This document shows, piece by piece, positions 21,190 through 32,200 of a stretch of 64,000 nt of DNA. Position 1 is the first letter of the stretch. Every line of letters begins with the position of its first letter. The stretch lies in IMG/VR virus record IMGVR_UViG_3300009671_000010, positions 32,001 through 96,000 of that record. One strand, given 5' to 3'. The DNA comes from a virus. Lineage: Duplodnaviria; Caudoviricetes. The notes beneath the pieces are model-generated. The model was not told the DNA's origin and ran no database searches. It saw nothing but the letters and a program-made list of their open reading frames with translations. The position numbers were made by a program, and so were the translations under genes.

Positions 21190-22446
21190 ATGCCAATCAG
21201 TAGAACATATCTGGAAGTATATCGAGATGGTCAACGTAGACTTAGAAATAATACACCAGTAACTAATTTTAATCAACAAAGTTTATCAAAAGCATTCTTA
21301 GATATCATGTCTGTTGAAGTTGAAAAGATATATAGTGACATAGATTTTATATACAGTTCATTAGATCCAACTAGAGCATCTGGTTCTGATTTGGATAAAC
21401 TTGGACTTCTTGTTGGAGTTAAACGTAATGAAGCTACAGTCGCTGTCGATGAGACTGATACAAACTTCTACTTTTACATAGATCTGAAAGTTGATTGGAA
21501 TATACAAAAACTAATTTATAGTTTATACTCTGAACAAGAAATAGATCTTCTCGAATCAAATGGTTATGTTGTTAAAACTAATGGGTATGTCAGTAGACTT
21601 ATCCTACCTAGAGGAATAGTTATTAGTAATTATGATAATACAATTACATATACGACTATTGATGAGATTACCTTTGATGCAGATGATACAAGCAAATATG
21701 TAGGAATTATAGCAACAGGTACTGGACCCGAGTATAATGTCATTAGTAATATTTTAATTAATCATAATATTTCTACTATACCAGAATTAATTAAACTTGC
21801 ATCTATGATTAAATGTACAAATACTTTTCCTATACAAAATGGTTCATATTCTATGACTGATGATGAATATAGATATAATATAAGCATAGCAAAATCAGCA
21901 CTTAATTCTAATGAGCTTTCTATTAGAAAATCAGCATTAGAAATTCCAGGAATTAGAGATATATTATTTGAAAAAAATAAATTTGGTAATGGTACTATTA
22001 ATATAATAGTTGATGGTGTATCTCCACTCATTTCAGATGGATTGTTGCTTGCTGTTAAAGAAAATGTACAAAAAAATATGGCATTCGGTGATGTATTATT
22101 TGTTTCATCACCTGAATATATTGGAATAGAATTGAATTTCAATATAGAATTAGAACTCGGTATAACAGATTCATTATCAATTAGAAATCAAGCTAGAAAT
22201 ACAGTTATACAATATATTAATAATTTAACTATTGGTGGTGAAATAATTTGGAATCAATTGGTTGCTAATGTATTAGAAATTGATGGAATTAAAGATTTTA
22301 TTCCAGTTTATTTTAAATGTGGAAAATATGATCCTGTTAATAAAATTAATAAAGAACAAATTATACTTCGATTTGTTAATCAAACAGCTAAATATAATGA
22401 AAAATTTTATTGTGATGCTGGCATGATAACTACCTGCATAGCATAA
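21190..22446 (+). CDS. Baseplate J/gp47-like wedge protein
   Basis: RASGSDLDKLGLLVGVKR, ATGTGPEYNV, MTDDEYRYNI, IPGIRD...GNGTINIIV, YINNLTIGGEI motifs. Confidence 0.88.
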   Translation: MPISRTYLEVYRDGQRRLRNNTPVTNFNQQSLSKAFLDIMSVEVEKIYSDIDFIYSSLDPTRASGSDLDKLGLLVGVKRNEATVAVDETDTNFYFYIDLKVDWNIQKLIYSLYSEQEIDLLESNGYVVKTNGYVSRLILPRGIVISNYDNTITYTTIDEITFDADDTSKYVGIIATGTGPEYNVISNILINHNISTIPELIKLASMIKCTNTFPIQNGSYSMTDDEYRYNISIAKSALNSNELSIRKSALEIPGIRDILFEKNKFGNGTINIIVDGVSPLISDGLLLAVKENVQKNMAFGDVLFVSSPEYIGIELNFNIELELGITDSLSIRNQARNTVIQYINNLTIGGEIIWNQLVANVLEIDGIKDFIPVYFKCGKYDPVNKINKEQIILRFVNQTAKYNEKFYCDAGMITTCIA

Positions 22447-22455
22447 TGAGGATTA

Positions 22456-24594
22456 ATGAAAACACAACGTGCAATACAGTCTAAGAATACATCAAGAATA
22501 TTAAAAGCTGTCTTACCTGAATCCTTCAGAATAGTTAATGATAAATCATCTAATGGATATAAATTTATTAATTTATTATATGGAGTAGAAGTTGATGAAG
22601 TAAGAGAAAGACTTAAAGATTTATATAATAATACATCACTTGAATTTATGGAGTATGATGATAATATTATATATGAATCATATTTATCTGGTATTCCTCA
22701 CAGTGGAGTTCTTAATGCAGGTATATCAGGTATTCCAATATATATTGTAGACTATGATGAATTTCATAATGGAGATCCTACACGACTAAAACATATTGAA
22801 AATATTTCTATATCGGGAATCAGTTTTGTTAATGGACTTGAATATTTTAGAGATAATAATAGGTTATCTGGATATTATTTAATAAATTCAGATATAGATC
22901 AACTATCTGGATATATTGATAATATTTTTCCTAATAATAAAGTAATTCTTACGAGTACTGGTATAATTGCCAGTGGATTTTATGATGGCATTAAAGACCA
23001 TAATTTTAATACAAAAGGATATTATGAATTACTAGAACCAATGGATTATAATTCTTTATTATCTAAATATCCATTATATAGAAAAATATTAGATGATAAT
23101 GAAAATGAAGTATTTATAGATCACTATGAGCCTTATTATGGATGGATATATGATCATAATAATAACATAGTGGCTGATACATCTAGTTATAATGGAGATT
23201 ATTATTTTGATGAGAATGGTAATAAAATCTATTATAGAACAGCGTATAATAATCCTTATGGTTATAATAATTATAGTTCTGTATATATTGATCTAGAATA
23301 CATTCCTATTTCTGGAACATTACATGTATTTGATGTTGATTTACTTGATGCAGATGGCAATGCAATTGAAATACCAATGTCTGGAATTGATCTATATTAT
23401 AAAAAATCTGATAATACATTTAATCCAATTTATACTGGGTATGATGAATATGTTCCAGATGATATACAGTTTGGAAGTATTGCTGGTTTAAAAGCTGATA
23501 AAATATCTACAATTACATGGGACTATGTAACAGAAGGTAGTGGAAAAGATGATGTTACATTATCCTGGATTAATTCTTCAGGTAATATTACTAATAAAAT
23601 AAGAATCAATAACCCATCGAGTAGATATATAGTTGAATATAAATATAAAACATATGATAAATCTAGTTATATATCATCATTAAGTACCTCCAAATTTATT
23701 AGACTTGATTCATCAAATTCTATTTTTTCTATTAATAATAATGAATATAAAGAAATAGATTTTAAATTTACAAATGATCCAAATCTTAATGAATCCATTT
23801 CTGGATTGTATAGATCTACCATATTGACAATGGATGGGTTTAATGTTAGACCTAATTCAAGAATTAGTAAAATTGATTTTAATATTCCTGTTGAAATTAA
23901 AACCGATATTCTAACATCATATAATCTTATACAACCAGAGTATTTACATATTGGATATTCTAATGAGTTTATTCCGAGTATGTTATCTAAGAGAGAATAT
24001 TTATATAAGACTTACTTTGATTCTATAATTGATATTAATAATGATACTGAAAATGATTTATATAACAAATATACAATGAAATTTATTTCTGATGATATAT
24101 CAATAATAAATAGAATTCCTTATAATGGTAGGTTTTGTAAAAATATTCTTAATTTTAATATGAATTCCGAATATAGTATATCTCAATGTGATTTTATTAA
24201 AAATAACATATTTTTTAGAATATCTCTTAAGAAAGATTTTATTGAAGATTTTACACTATTAGAAGTATCGGATGCTACTAATGATATGTATTTTAAAGTT
24301 GATGTATTGAGCAATGGTGATATTAAACTTCATTCAAATATTGAATCTGATATAATGTGTACTAATTATATTTTTAAAAATGCATTTGTATATAACAAAG
24401 ATAATGATATCATTATTAGATATAATAATGGATCGTATGATATATATTCTAAAAATCATTTTACATACTTTAAACAAAATGAATATTATAGTGAGTATGT
24501 TACATTATTTACTGTAGATGATAGTTTTGTTAAATTAGCTAAAAATTGTTCACTTGAACTCTTTAATTTTGAAATTTATTATGAGGATCTGTAA
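22456..24594 (+). CDS. Putative baseplate/virion structural protein (Ser-Gly motif-rich)
   Basis: 712-aa ORF with GAGG RBS, in structural operon after baseplate J; beta-rich composition. Confidence 0.55.
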   Translation: MKTQRAIQSKNTSRILKAVLPESFRIVNDKSSNGYKFINLLYGVEVDEVRERLKDLYNNTSLEFMEYDDNIIYESYLSGIPHSGVLNAGISGIPIYIVDYDEFHNGDPTRLKHIENISISGISFVNGLEYFRDNNRLSGYYLINSDIDQLSGYIDNIFPNNKVILTSTGIIASGFYDGIKDHNFNTKGYYELLEPMDYNSLLSKYPLYRKILDDNENEVFIDHYEPYYGWIYDHNNNIVADTSSYNGDYYFDENGNKIYYRTAYNNPYGYNNYSSVYIDLEYIPISGTLHVFDVDLLDADGNAIEIPMSGIDLYYKKSDNTFNPIYTGYDEYVPDDIQFGSIAGLKADKISTITWDYVTEGSGKDDVTLSWINSSGNITNKIRINNPSSRYIVEYKYKTYDKSSYISSLSTSKFIRLDSSNSIFSINNNEYKEIDFKFTNDPNLNESISGLYRSTILTMDGFNVRPNSRISKIDFNIPVEIKTDILTSYNLIQPEYLHIGYSNEFIPSMLSKREYLYKTYFDSIIDINNDTENDLYNKYTMKFISDDISIINRIPYNGRFCKNILNFNMNSEYSISQCDFIKNNIFFRISLKKDFIEDFTLLEVSDATNDMYFKVDVLSNGDIKLHSNIESDIMCTNYIFKNAFVYNKDNDIIIRYNNGSYDIYSKNHFTYFKQNEYYSEYVTLFTVDDSFVKLAKNCSLELFNFEIYYEDL

Positions 24595-26621
24595 TGAAAA
24601 TTATTAAATATGTTGATCCAACTGGATCTGGAGATTATCTTGATCTTATTACTGGTATATCTGGAGTTATAAATTTAGCTAATGATGCAAATGAATACTC
24701 TGATATATATTTATATGTATCAAGAGGAATATATAGTGGATCATTTAATATTAATATACCTTATTCAGGATCACTTAGTATCATTGGTAATGATTCTGTA
24801 TTTTATCCAACTACAACATGTTATATATACGGCAACTATTCTAATAAAGAAAATTTTATTATTAATGGATTTAATATATATGGAAAATATAATTCAAATA
24901 CATGTTTTTCTTTATCTTCTGGATTATATTCTACTATTAATAATGCTAAAGTAGTTCATAATAATTTTATTAATAATTCAGGTGTACTAAGTATATATGA
25001 TTCAAAAATCACAGGTAGTGGTTATGGTGTAATAAGTGATGGGAGTGTATATTTTATTAGGTCTAGTATATCAAATTATAACATAGGAATTACATCAAAT
25101 GATATCAGTATATATGATTCATTTATAAGTTATTGTGATTCAGGTGTATTTAATATTGGAAATATAAATATATTTAATACTGTTATTAATAAATGTCATA
25201 CAGGTATATATAATATTGGAACTGTAGAATTACATAATACTACATTATATAATACATATGATATTTATTCTGTAAGTGGAATTGTAAGTTCAGAATCGTC
25301 TATTGCTAATATATTTGGTATATCTAATTCTGGATTTTTTAACAATCATAATTTTTATTCAGGCTATCAAGCTTCAGTATTTAGTTTTACTGATTCTAAT
25401 AATATTTCTGAACATACTCCTATATATAATTCAATACAGAATGATGACTACAGACTTGTCTTTAATAGTACTTCTGGATCTTATCTTGTTAATTTCTCTA
25501 ATAAAATAGATTCTGATATTAATGTTATAAATGATATTGAAAATATTAAATTAATAGAATACTTTGACACAGTAAATTATAATATTCCTATAGAGCAGTA
25601 TTCAAATTTTATATATAAAAATGATAGTACTATGATCTTATCTGATTATGGTAAAGAAATTCAGTTCTCAAATTTTATACAAAGTAAAGAAATATTATTA
25701 AATACTATCTCTATTTTTAAATTTAGCAATTATAATGTTTATACTGATAGTTCTTTTCCAATAGAATTAGATAAAATAGCATATACATGGGATTGGGATT
25801 TTAAAAATATAGCAACTTATAAAATAGGTAATGATTATAATTTTATAATTCCTCGATCAATAGTTAATGTAAAAAATATAATTGATGAAAAAATTCCTAA
25901 TTATAAAATAAGATATGATCTTTTAAATAAAAATTCATATAATGTATACAATCAAATATTTTATACTGGGATTTCGTATGATGATAACCTGTCTACTCTT
26001 CAAGATAAAATTATCTGGCTAGTTGATGGTAATAATCAAACATTATTAAAGAAGAATATTTATAATGACGAAATATATGATTCATATCCTCTTATGATAC
26101 CAAGTGGTACATATTATGTTAATCCATCAGGATTAATATATGTTGGTAGAGAAAATGAAAAATATAAATATGTATATGAAGCTGATCCATCGAAATACAT
26201 ATATACAGATAATTATAATGGTAGATTTCAACTACTTCCTACTAATATAAATAATAATATTGATATTAGAGGAATTAGAAATTATTATGATAAATTACTT
26301 ATTACTGGTTCAGAATACTCAATGAATATCAATAATAGACTGATTCCTTCATCTGGTAATTGTGTAGGAAAAATGTATATGTTAAATAATAATGATGATT
26401 TTTTACATTATATATATGAGCCAAATAATAGTTTTATTTTAGAAAATAATATTCCAACTGATTTAACAGTTGATGAATTTAATAATATTGTTATATCAGA
26501 TTATTATGATTCTAATTTATATAAATATAAATTTCTTTATGATTATGCTGTAATTGAATCTAATTATGATCAAGATATAAAAGTTCTATTAAGAGAATAC
26601 TATCCTAATATTGAATTGTAA
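24594..26621 (+). CDS. Virion protein with N-terminal right-handed beta-helix (pectin-lyase-like) region and probable C-terminal propeller-like region
   Basis: YVDPTGSGDY start, IYVSRGIY, repeated N/G/I beta-helix turns; C-terminal PTDLTVDEFNNIVISD blade-like motif. Confidence 0.5.
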   Translation: MKIIKYVDPTGSGDYLDLITGISGVINLANDANEYSDIYLYVSRGIYSGSFNINIPYSGSLSIIGNDSVFYPTTTCYIYGNYSNKENFIINGFNIYGKYNSNTCFSLSSGLYSTINNAKVVHNNFINNSGVLSIYDSKITGSGYGVISDGSVYFIRSSISNYNIGITSNDISIYDSFISYCDSGVFNIGNINIFNTVINKCHTGIYNIGTVELHNTTLYNTYDIYSVSGIVSSESSIANIFGISNSGFFNNHNFYSGYQASVFSFTDSNNISEHTPIYNSIQNDDYRLVFNSTSGSYLVNFSNKIDSDINVINDIENIKLIEYFDTVNYNIPIEQYSNFIYKNDSTMILSDYGKEIQFSNFIQSKEILLNTISIFKFSNYNVYTDSSFPIELDKIAYTWDWDFKNIATYKIGNDYNFIIPRSIVNVKNIIDEKIPNYKIRYDLLNKNSYNVYNQIFYTGISYDDNLSTLQDKIIWLVDGNNQTLLKKNIYNDEIYDSYPLMIPSGTYYVNPSGLIYVGRENEKYKYVYEADPSKYIYTDNYNGRFQLLPTNINNNIDIRGIRNYYDKLLITGSEYSMNINNRLIPSSGNCVGKMYMLNNNDDFLHYIYEPNNSFILENNIPTDLTVDEFNNIVISDYYDSNLYKYKFLYDYAVIESNYDQDIKVLLREYYPNIEL

Positions 26622-26632
26622 ATGGAGGTAAT

Positions 26633-27787
26633 ATGTCGTATCCTGTAGGTAACCCAGTTAGTGGTTTATATAATATTTGGAGTGAAGGTGCATTCACTCC
26701 TGAACAAGTAGTATCTTTTATTAGAGATAATCAAACGCCAATTAATAAAGCATCATTAATTAATTCAGTTGGTCACCATGTATCATTGATTGAAAATTTT
26801 ATTAATACAAGTTATTTAGCCAGAGCTGATTATCCAATTAACAGCGGATGGATTAATAATATATACAATAATTTTATACAGACAGACAATATTAATATGT
26901 CTGGTTCTATAACAATGAATGTAAAAAATAGTGATCAAGGAATAATTGCTTATTATGATGAAGCAGATAAGTATACCTTTACTTCATCTCTTAAACCCAA
27001 TAGTATTTCACTTACACAAAATCCTTGGAATAATTCAGATTATTGGGGAAAAACTACTATTACTCCTGGCGTTATTACTGTATGTGGTGCTAATAATTCT
27101 GGAATCACTGCATCGGGTTCTGTAATGCATTTTAATAGTGATACATTTGCTACATTAAATTTTAATTCACATGCACATGTTATTTCCGATAATAAAATTT
27201 TTTCTTATATTGATACAACCTTTAGAGTAAGTTCAGCTGGAATTCATACTGAGGTTAAACCAGATTCGATAACATCAACCTCTGCATGTGGATTTTTTAT
27301 AACAAATACTAATAAAATAAAACTTAAATCGAAATTATTAGATATGTCAGCTGGTACTGTTTTAACTAATTATCTTGGCAACTATGATTATCCAATTGTT
27401 AACTCATACATGTCCAAAGTTATAATTACTGATTCTCTTCAGATGGGAACTAATCCTAATAGTAAATTTAAAATTGGTGTATATAAGAAAAATTTATCTG
27501 GTAGTACAACATCACCAATTGTTTTAAGTGGAACTGTTGAAAATAATTATGGAGACTTTGATTCTGTAGTTGCTACTGCAATCTTTAATAATCAACTTAT
27601 AACTGCTGGTTTTGAAATTACTGGTGGAGATTTAGATGATTGGACAGTATATCCTTGTACTGGTTATACTATATCCACTGATTCATCAACTGGAGTAGTT
27701 AACATATCTGTAACTGGTTCCTTTGCTGGAATGGCTAGTACTACAAACACATATGTATCTATGTTTTTTATATATTTTTCAGAATAA
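26633..27787 (+). CDS. Putative tail/fibre-associated structural protein
   Basis: 384-aa ORF, GGAGG RBS, Thr/Ser/Gly-rich beta composition. Confidence 0.5.
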   Translation: MSYPVGNPVSGLYNIWSEGAFTPEQVVSFIRDNQTPINKASLINSVGHHVSLIENFINTSYLARADYPINSGWINNIYNNFIQTDNINMSGSITMNVKNSDQGIIAYYDEADKYTFTSSLKPNSISLTQNPWNNSDYWGKTTITPGVITVCGANNSGITASGSVMHFNSDTFATLNFNSHAHVISDNKIFSYIDTTFRVSSAGIHTEVKPDSITSTSACGFFITNTNKIKLKSKLLDMSAGTVLTNYLGNYDYPIVNSYMSKVIITDSLQMGTNPNSKFKIGVYKKNLSGSTTSPIVLSGTVENNYGDFDSVVATAIFNNQLITAGFEITGGDLDDWTVYPCTGYTISTDSSTGVVNISVTGSFAGMASTTNTYVSMFFIYFSE

Positions 27788-27799
27788 TTAGGAGTATTA

Positions 27800-29206
27800 A
27801 TGGCTAAAGTTACCAAGAAACAAGTATGGTCGAATATAGATGCATTCGGTTTATTGAATGGAATATCTGTATGGGATGAACAATATAAAAATCTGAAATA
27901 TGTAAGAAAACCATTTGATACTACTCATGATATCAGAAAAAAGATTTATAATTTACATGATAATAAAGTTGATACTACATATCAAGGTATTGTTAATGGA
28001 CTTTCAATTGAATTTGATTATGAACCATATAATGTATATGATAAACATATTTTTTTACTTTCATACGAACCCAATGTGTATAACAGTATAAATGAACAGG
28101 ATGTATTTGTATATTATAAACTACAAAATTCAGATGATTGGAATGAATTAACTCCACAGACTTGGAATGTATCAGCTAGTGGTTTTATGGTTTGGCAAAA
28201 ATCACATTATAATAATTTGTCTACAAAGAATTTTATATATTCTAATATTCTTCAAATTTTTTCTGATTTACCTGATTTGACTGAAATTAAAGTTAAATAT
28301 AAAATTTATATTGATACTGAGGATGGAAAAAAACTTGTTGATTTTACAGACGTAAATAGTATAAATGAAGACAGACTTACATATAGAAAAAAAACATTTA
28401 ATAATATTAATGATTCAATACAAGTATATAATTTAACTAATATTCCTAGCGGAATATACAGTCAATATTATAAAAATGGAATTCCTACTGATTTTACATA
28501 TAAATTAAAAAATTATATATCATCGAAGTTTAAACATAAATGGGGTGAATTTAATGATTCTTCATGTATATGGGATATTAATAAATATTATGGAAGTGGT
28601 CATTTACCATCATATTATGATGCATATGATCCAATAGATAGTGGTTATTTGGGTGGTATCGAGAGCTCAAGTACATGTTTATATCCATATGAAATCATAG
28701 AAACAGATAATCAAGTATTTAATCTTAAAATGTATCCTGGTAAATTTTATATAAGTGGTATTCCATTTTATATGTTTGAAAATCCACGAGTATCTAATCT
28801 TGTATTTTTTAATGGTTCATGTAATATTCCATCTGGTTTATCACGTACTATGCATACAATATTAAGTCCATCTGATTTCTATAATTCTACTCAGGATGAG
28901 TATTTAAATGGTCATGTATATGAAGATTACATATATCCAACTGGAATAAATCAGATTAAAATTAATGATATTTTAAGGCGTAGACCATATCTTAATAATA
29001 ATAACTCAGAACTTGATATAAGTTTAGCTAGTGGCGAATATAGTATTGATTTTAGTGCTGGTAAAATTTATGCATCAGGTATTAATAATGGCGTTTTAAT
29101 ATGGGATAATAGTTTAATAAATAGTGGATTTATAGTTCCATTTAATGTAAATCCAAGTTTATATTCAAATATAAACAGTAGTTTTTTTATTTACCTAAAT
29201 ATATAA
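27800..29206 (+). CDS. Putative virion structural protein (Ser-Gly motif-rich)
   Basis: 468-aa ORF, AGGAG RBS, within structural operon. Confidence 0.55.
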   Translation: MAKVTKKQVWSNIDAFGLLNGISVWDEQYKNLKYVRKPFDTTHDIRKKIYNLHDNKVDTTYQGIVNGLSIEFDYEPYNVYDKHIFLLSYEPNVYNSINEQDVFVYYKLQNSDDWNELTPQTWNVSASGFMVWQKSHYNNLSTKNFIYSNILQIFSDLPDLTEIKVKYKIYIDTEDGKKLVDFTDVNSINEDRLTYRKKTFNNINDSIQVYNLTNIPSGIYSQYYKNGIPTDFTYKLKNYISSKFKHKWGEFNDSSCIWDINKYYGSGHLPSYYDAYDPIDSGYLGGIESSSTCLYPYEIIETDNQVFNLKMYPGKFYISGIPFYMFENPRVSNLVFFNGSCNIPSGLSRTMHTILSPSDFYNSTQDEYLNGHVYEDYIYPTGINQIKINDILRRRPYLNNNNSELDISLASGEYSIDFSAGKIYASGINNGVLIWDNSLINSGFIVPFNVNPSLYSNINSSFFIYLNI

Positions 29207-29219
29207 GATTTGAATACAT

Positions 29220-32200
29220 ATGGATGAAATATATAAATTATATGAAGGTTCTGATGAACAATGTGATATAGTTCAACACAATCGTGAGTTACTTTGGGTT
29301 AAAGATGTTGGAGCAAGTGGTGCATTACGTTATATGGATAATGATGGTGTAGTAACATATATCTATCCATACATTAATGATCTCGATCTAACACATATTT
29401 TCGATGGACTAAATACTGGAATTATTACAGAGAGTGGAAATTTATATTACACAGATGAACGTGTTGATTTAAGAATATCTAATATGATGGGTGTTCCATA
29501 TGGAATTGTTCCACTTAATGATTCTGGTTTGATTCCATATCAATATATACCACCTATATCTGGAAGTGTCAGCTTAGTTAACTATTATACAAAGAAAAAT
29601 TTACAAACTCCTGGTCAATCATATGTTCATTGGGATAATATTATAAATGCTCCTGTAACTGATTTACCATCTAATGAAGGTGCAGAAGGATATTTATATA
29701 CTGATATATCTGGAATTCTTTCATGGAAAGATATATCCACATCTGATAATTCAGAACCATATCTTGGGTTACCAGCTGTAAGTGGTTATATATTATCTTC
29801 ATCAAATACTGGAGTTAGATCATGGGTGCCAGCTTATACACATCCTGTATATCAAACTATAAATTTATCATTATCTGGTAATATGGTGTTATCTAGCATA
29901 GTGGTTGATTCATTAGGACATATAACTACATTATCTGGTAGAACAATTTCATATAATGATATATCAGCACAAAAACATAATTCTAAACTGGATTCTTTAT
30001 CTAATCTAAATAGTACTAGTGGTTTTATTTATCAAAATGGAACTAATACATTTACAAAATATCAGTTTGGTGGAACAGGTACAAGTAATTTTATATCTCG
30101 AAGTGATCATACACATACTGGAGATTATGAACCAATCCTAACATCTGGCACTATTGCTCAGTATTTTCGTGGTGATAAAACATGGCAAACCTTAAATACA
30201 AGTAATGTACCCGAGGGTAGTAATTTATATTTTACAAGTTCTAGAGTTATTAGTACTTTAAGTGGTGCTATTTCTACTGCACTTACATCAAATCTAACAT
30301 CAAGTAGAGTAATAGTATCCAATAGTTCTGGTAAATTAACAACATCCAGCATTACATCAACACAGTTGTCATATTTATCGGGTGTATTATCTCCAATTCA
30401 AGCACAACTTGATTTAAAACAAGATCATTCAAATATTCTCGATGGCATCGTTAACCTGAATACTAGTACTGGTTTTGTATATAAATCTGATGCTAATTCT
30501 TTTATTACTTATAATTTCGGAGGAAATGGTGTATCTAGTGATATAAGCAGAAGCGATCACAATCATAGTGGCACGTATGAACCTGTAATAACAGGAACAG
30601 CTAACAGAATATTAAAAATACAATCTGATGGAACAGGGGTTACTGAATCAATTATCCGTGATAACGGAACAACTGCAACTATTAACGGGGCAATGAGTAT
30701 TAGTGGTAATATTATCGGTACAGGTAGTGCAAATCTTACAGTAAGCATGAATGCTACAAATAAGCAACTATTACTTACAGGTGGAACATCAGCAGTGCAA
30801 TCAAGTGGAGCAATAATTAAACTATATGGGATAACAGAGTCTACTAACGCAGGCAGATTGTATTTAGGTGCAGGTACAGGTAAGGAAATAGTTTTAAATG
30901 CTGATGCAGTATCGTTGAGTAAATCGTATTTCGGGACAAGACCTGTAAAAGATTATTATGATTTAGCAATAGGCAATCATACTTTTTGGGATAATAGCAA
31001 CTATTTAAACATAATTGACAATGCTTATTATGATGGAGGGTGGAAATATCGCACAACACGAGGGGCCGCTCGTATAGCGATAGGCAGTAACGGCAATATT
31101 AATTTAATGGTTGCCTCAGAAGGAACTGCTGATAGTGCTTTAACATGGAAGACTGCTATATACTCTGCCAATACTGGTAATGTTGCAATTGGTCATACTT
31201 CCCCTACAGAGAATCTTGACGTATCAGGTAATATAAAATTATCAGGAACATTAAATGTTGGTTCGATTCCAGCATACAGTTCATCAGCAACAACGTATTT
31301 AACAAGTAATTCTGGTATAATAAGCAGTAGAACGGCAGCACAAGTTAGGTCCGATATCGGAGCACAAACAGCAATTGCAGGAACAGCAAATAGAATATTA
31401 AAAGTGCAATCAGATGGAACTGGTGTAACAGAATCGAGTATTAGTGATAATGGAACTATTGTAGATTTCACTAATACAGGTTCTACTCTATTTAAAAGTT
31501 ATTTATATATAGGGGGTTTACCTACATCTGTAAACTCGCTTTTTACTGGTAATAATTATGCGTTAATCTATAGTACTGGTACAAATACAGGTTCTTACCC
31601 ATTTAATAATTACGGCCATTTGATTATACAGGCACAGTCTACGCAACCACGAAGTATATTATTTGTAGCTGGTACAACTCCTGAAGTTAAAATGAGGATA
31701 AATCCTAATAATGTAGTTGTAAATAATCCGCTTTCAGTCGATGGCAATATAAATGTTGGTGGTTTAACGGCGTCACGTATTGTTGAAACAGATGCAACAA
31801 AAACACTGGTGTCGGTAGCTAAAAACACAGCTTACAATAAAAATTTTGGAACTACGTCAGGTACAGTGTGTCAAGGAAACGATTCAAGGTTGAGTGATGC
31901 AAGAACACCAACATCTCATGCAAGTACTCACTTATCGGGAGGTAGCGATCAGTTGTTTGATCAAAACTTAAATACTACAAACGCACCACTATTTACTGGA
32001 GGTTCATATAGAACCAATTCAGGTTCCAATCCATTGTATATTACACGAATAGGTACTAATACTGAATCTATGGCCATGTGGGTTGATGATGTAATCGGGC
32101 ATGTCTATAGAACAAATGATGAATTTTCGGGAAAGTTTAGAATTACTATAGAAAATACAGATACTGAAGATTCAGACGGATCAAGAGCAAATACAGCGTA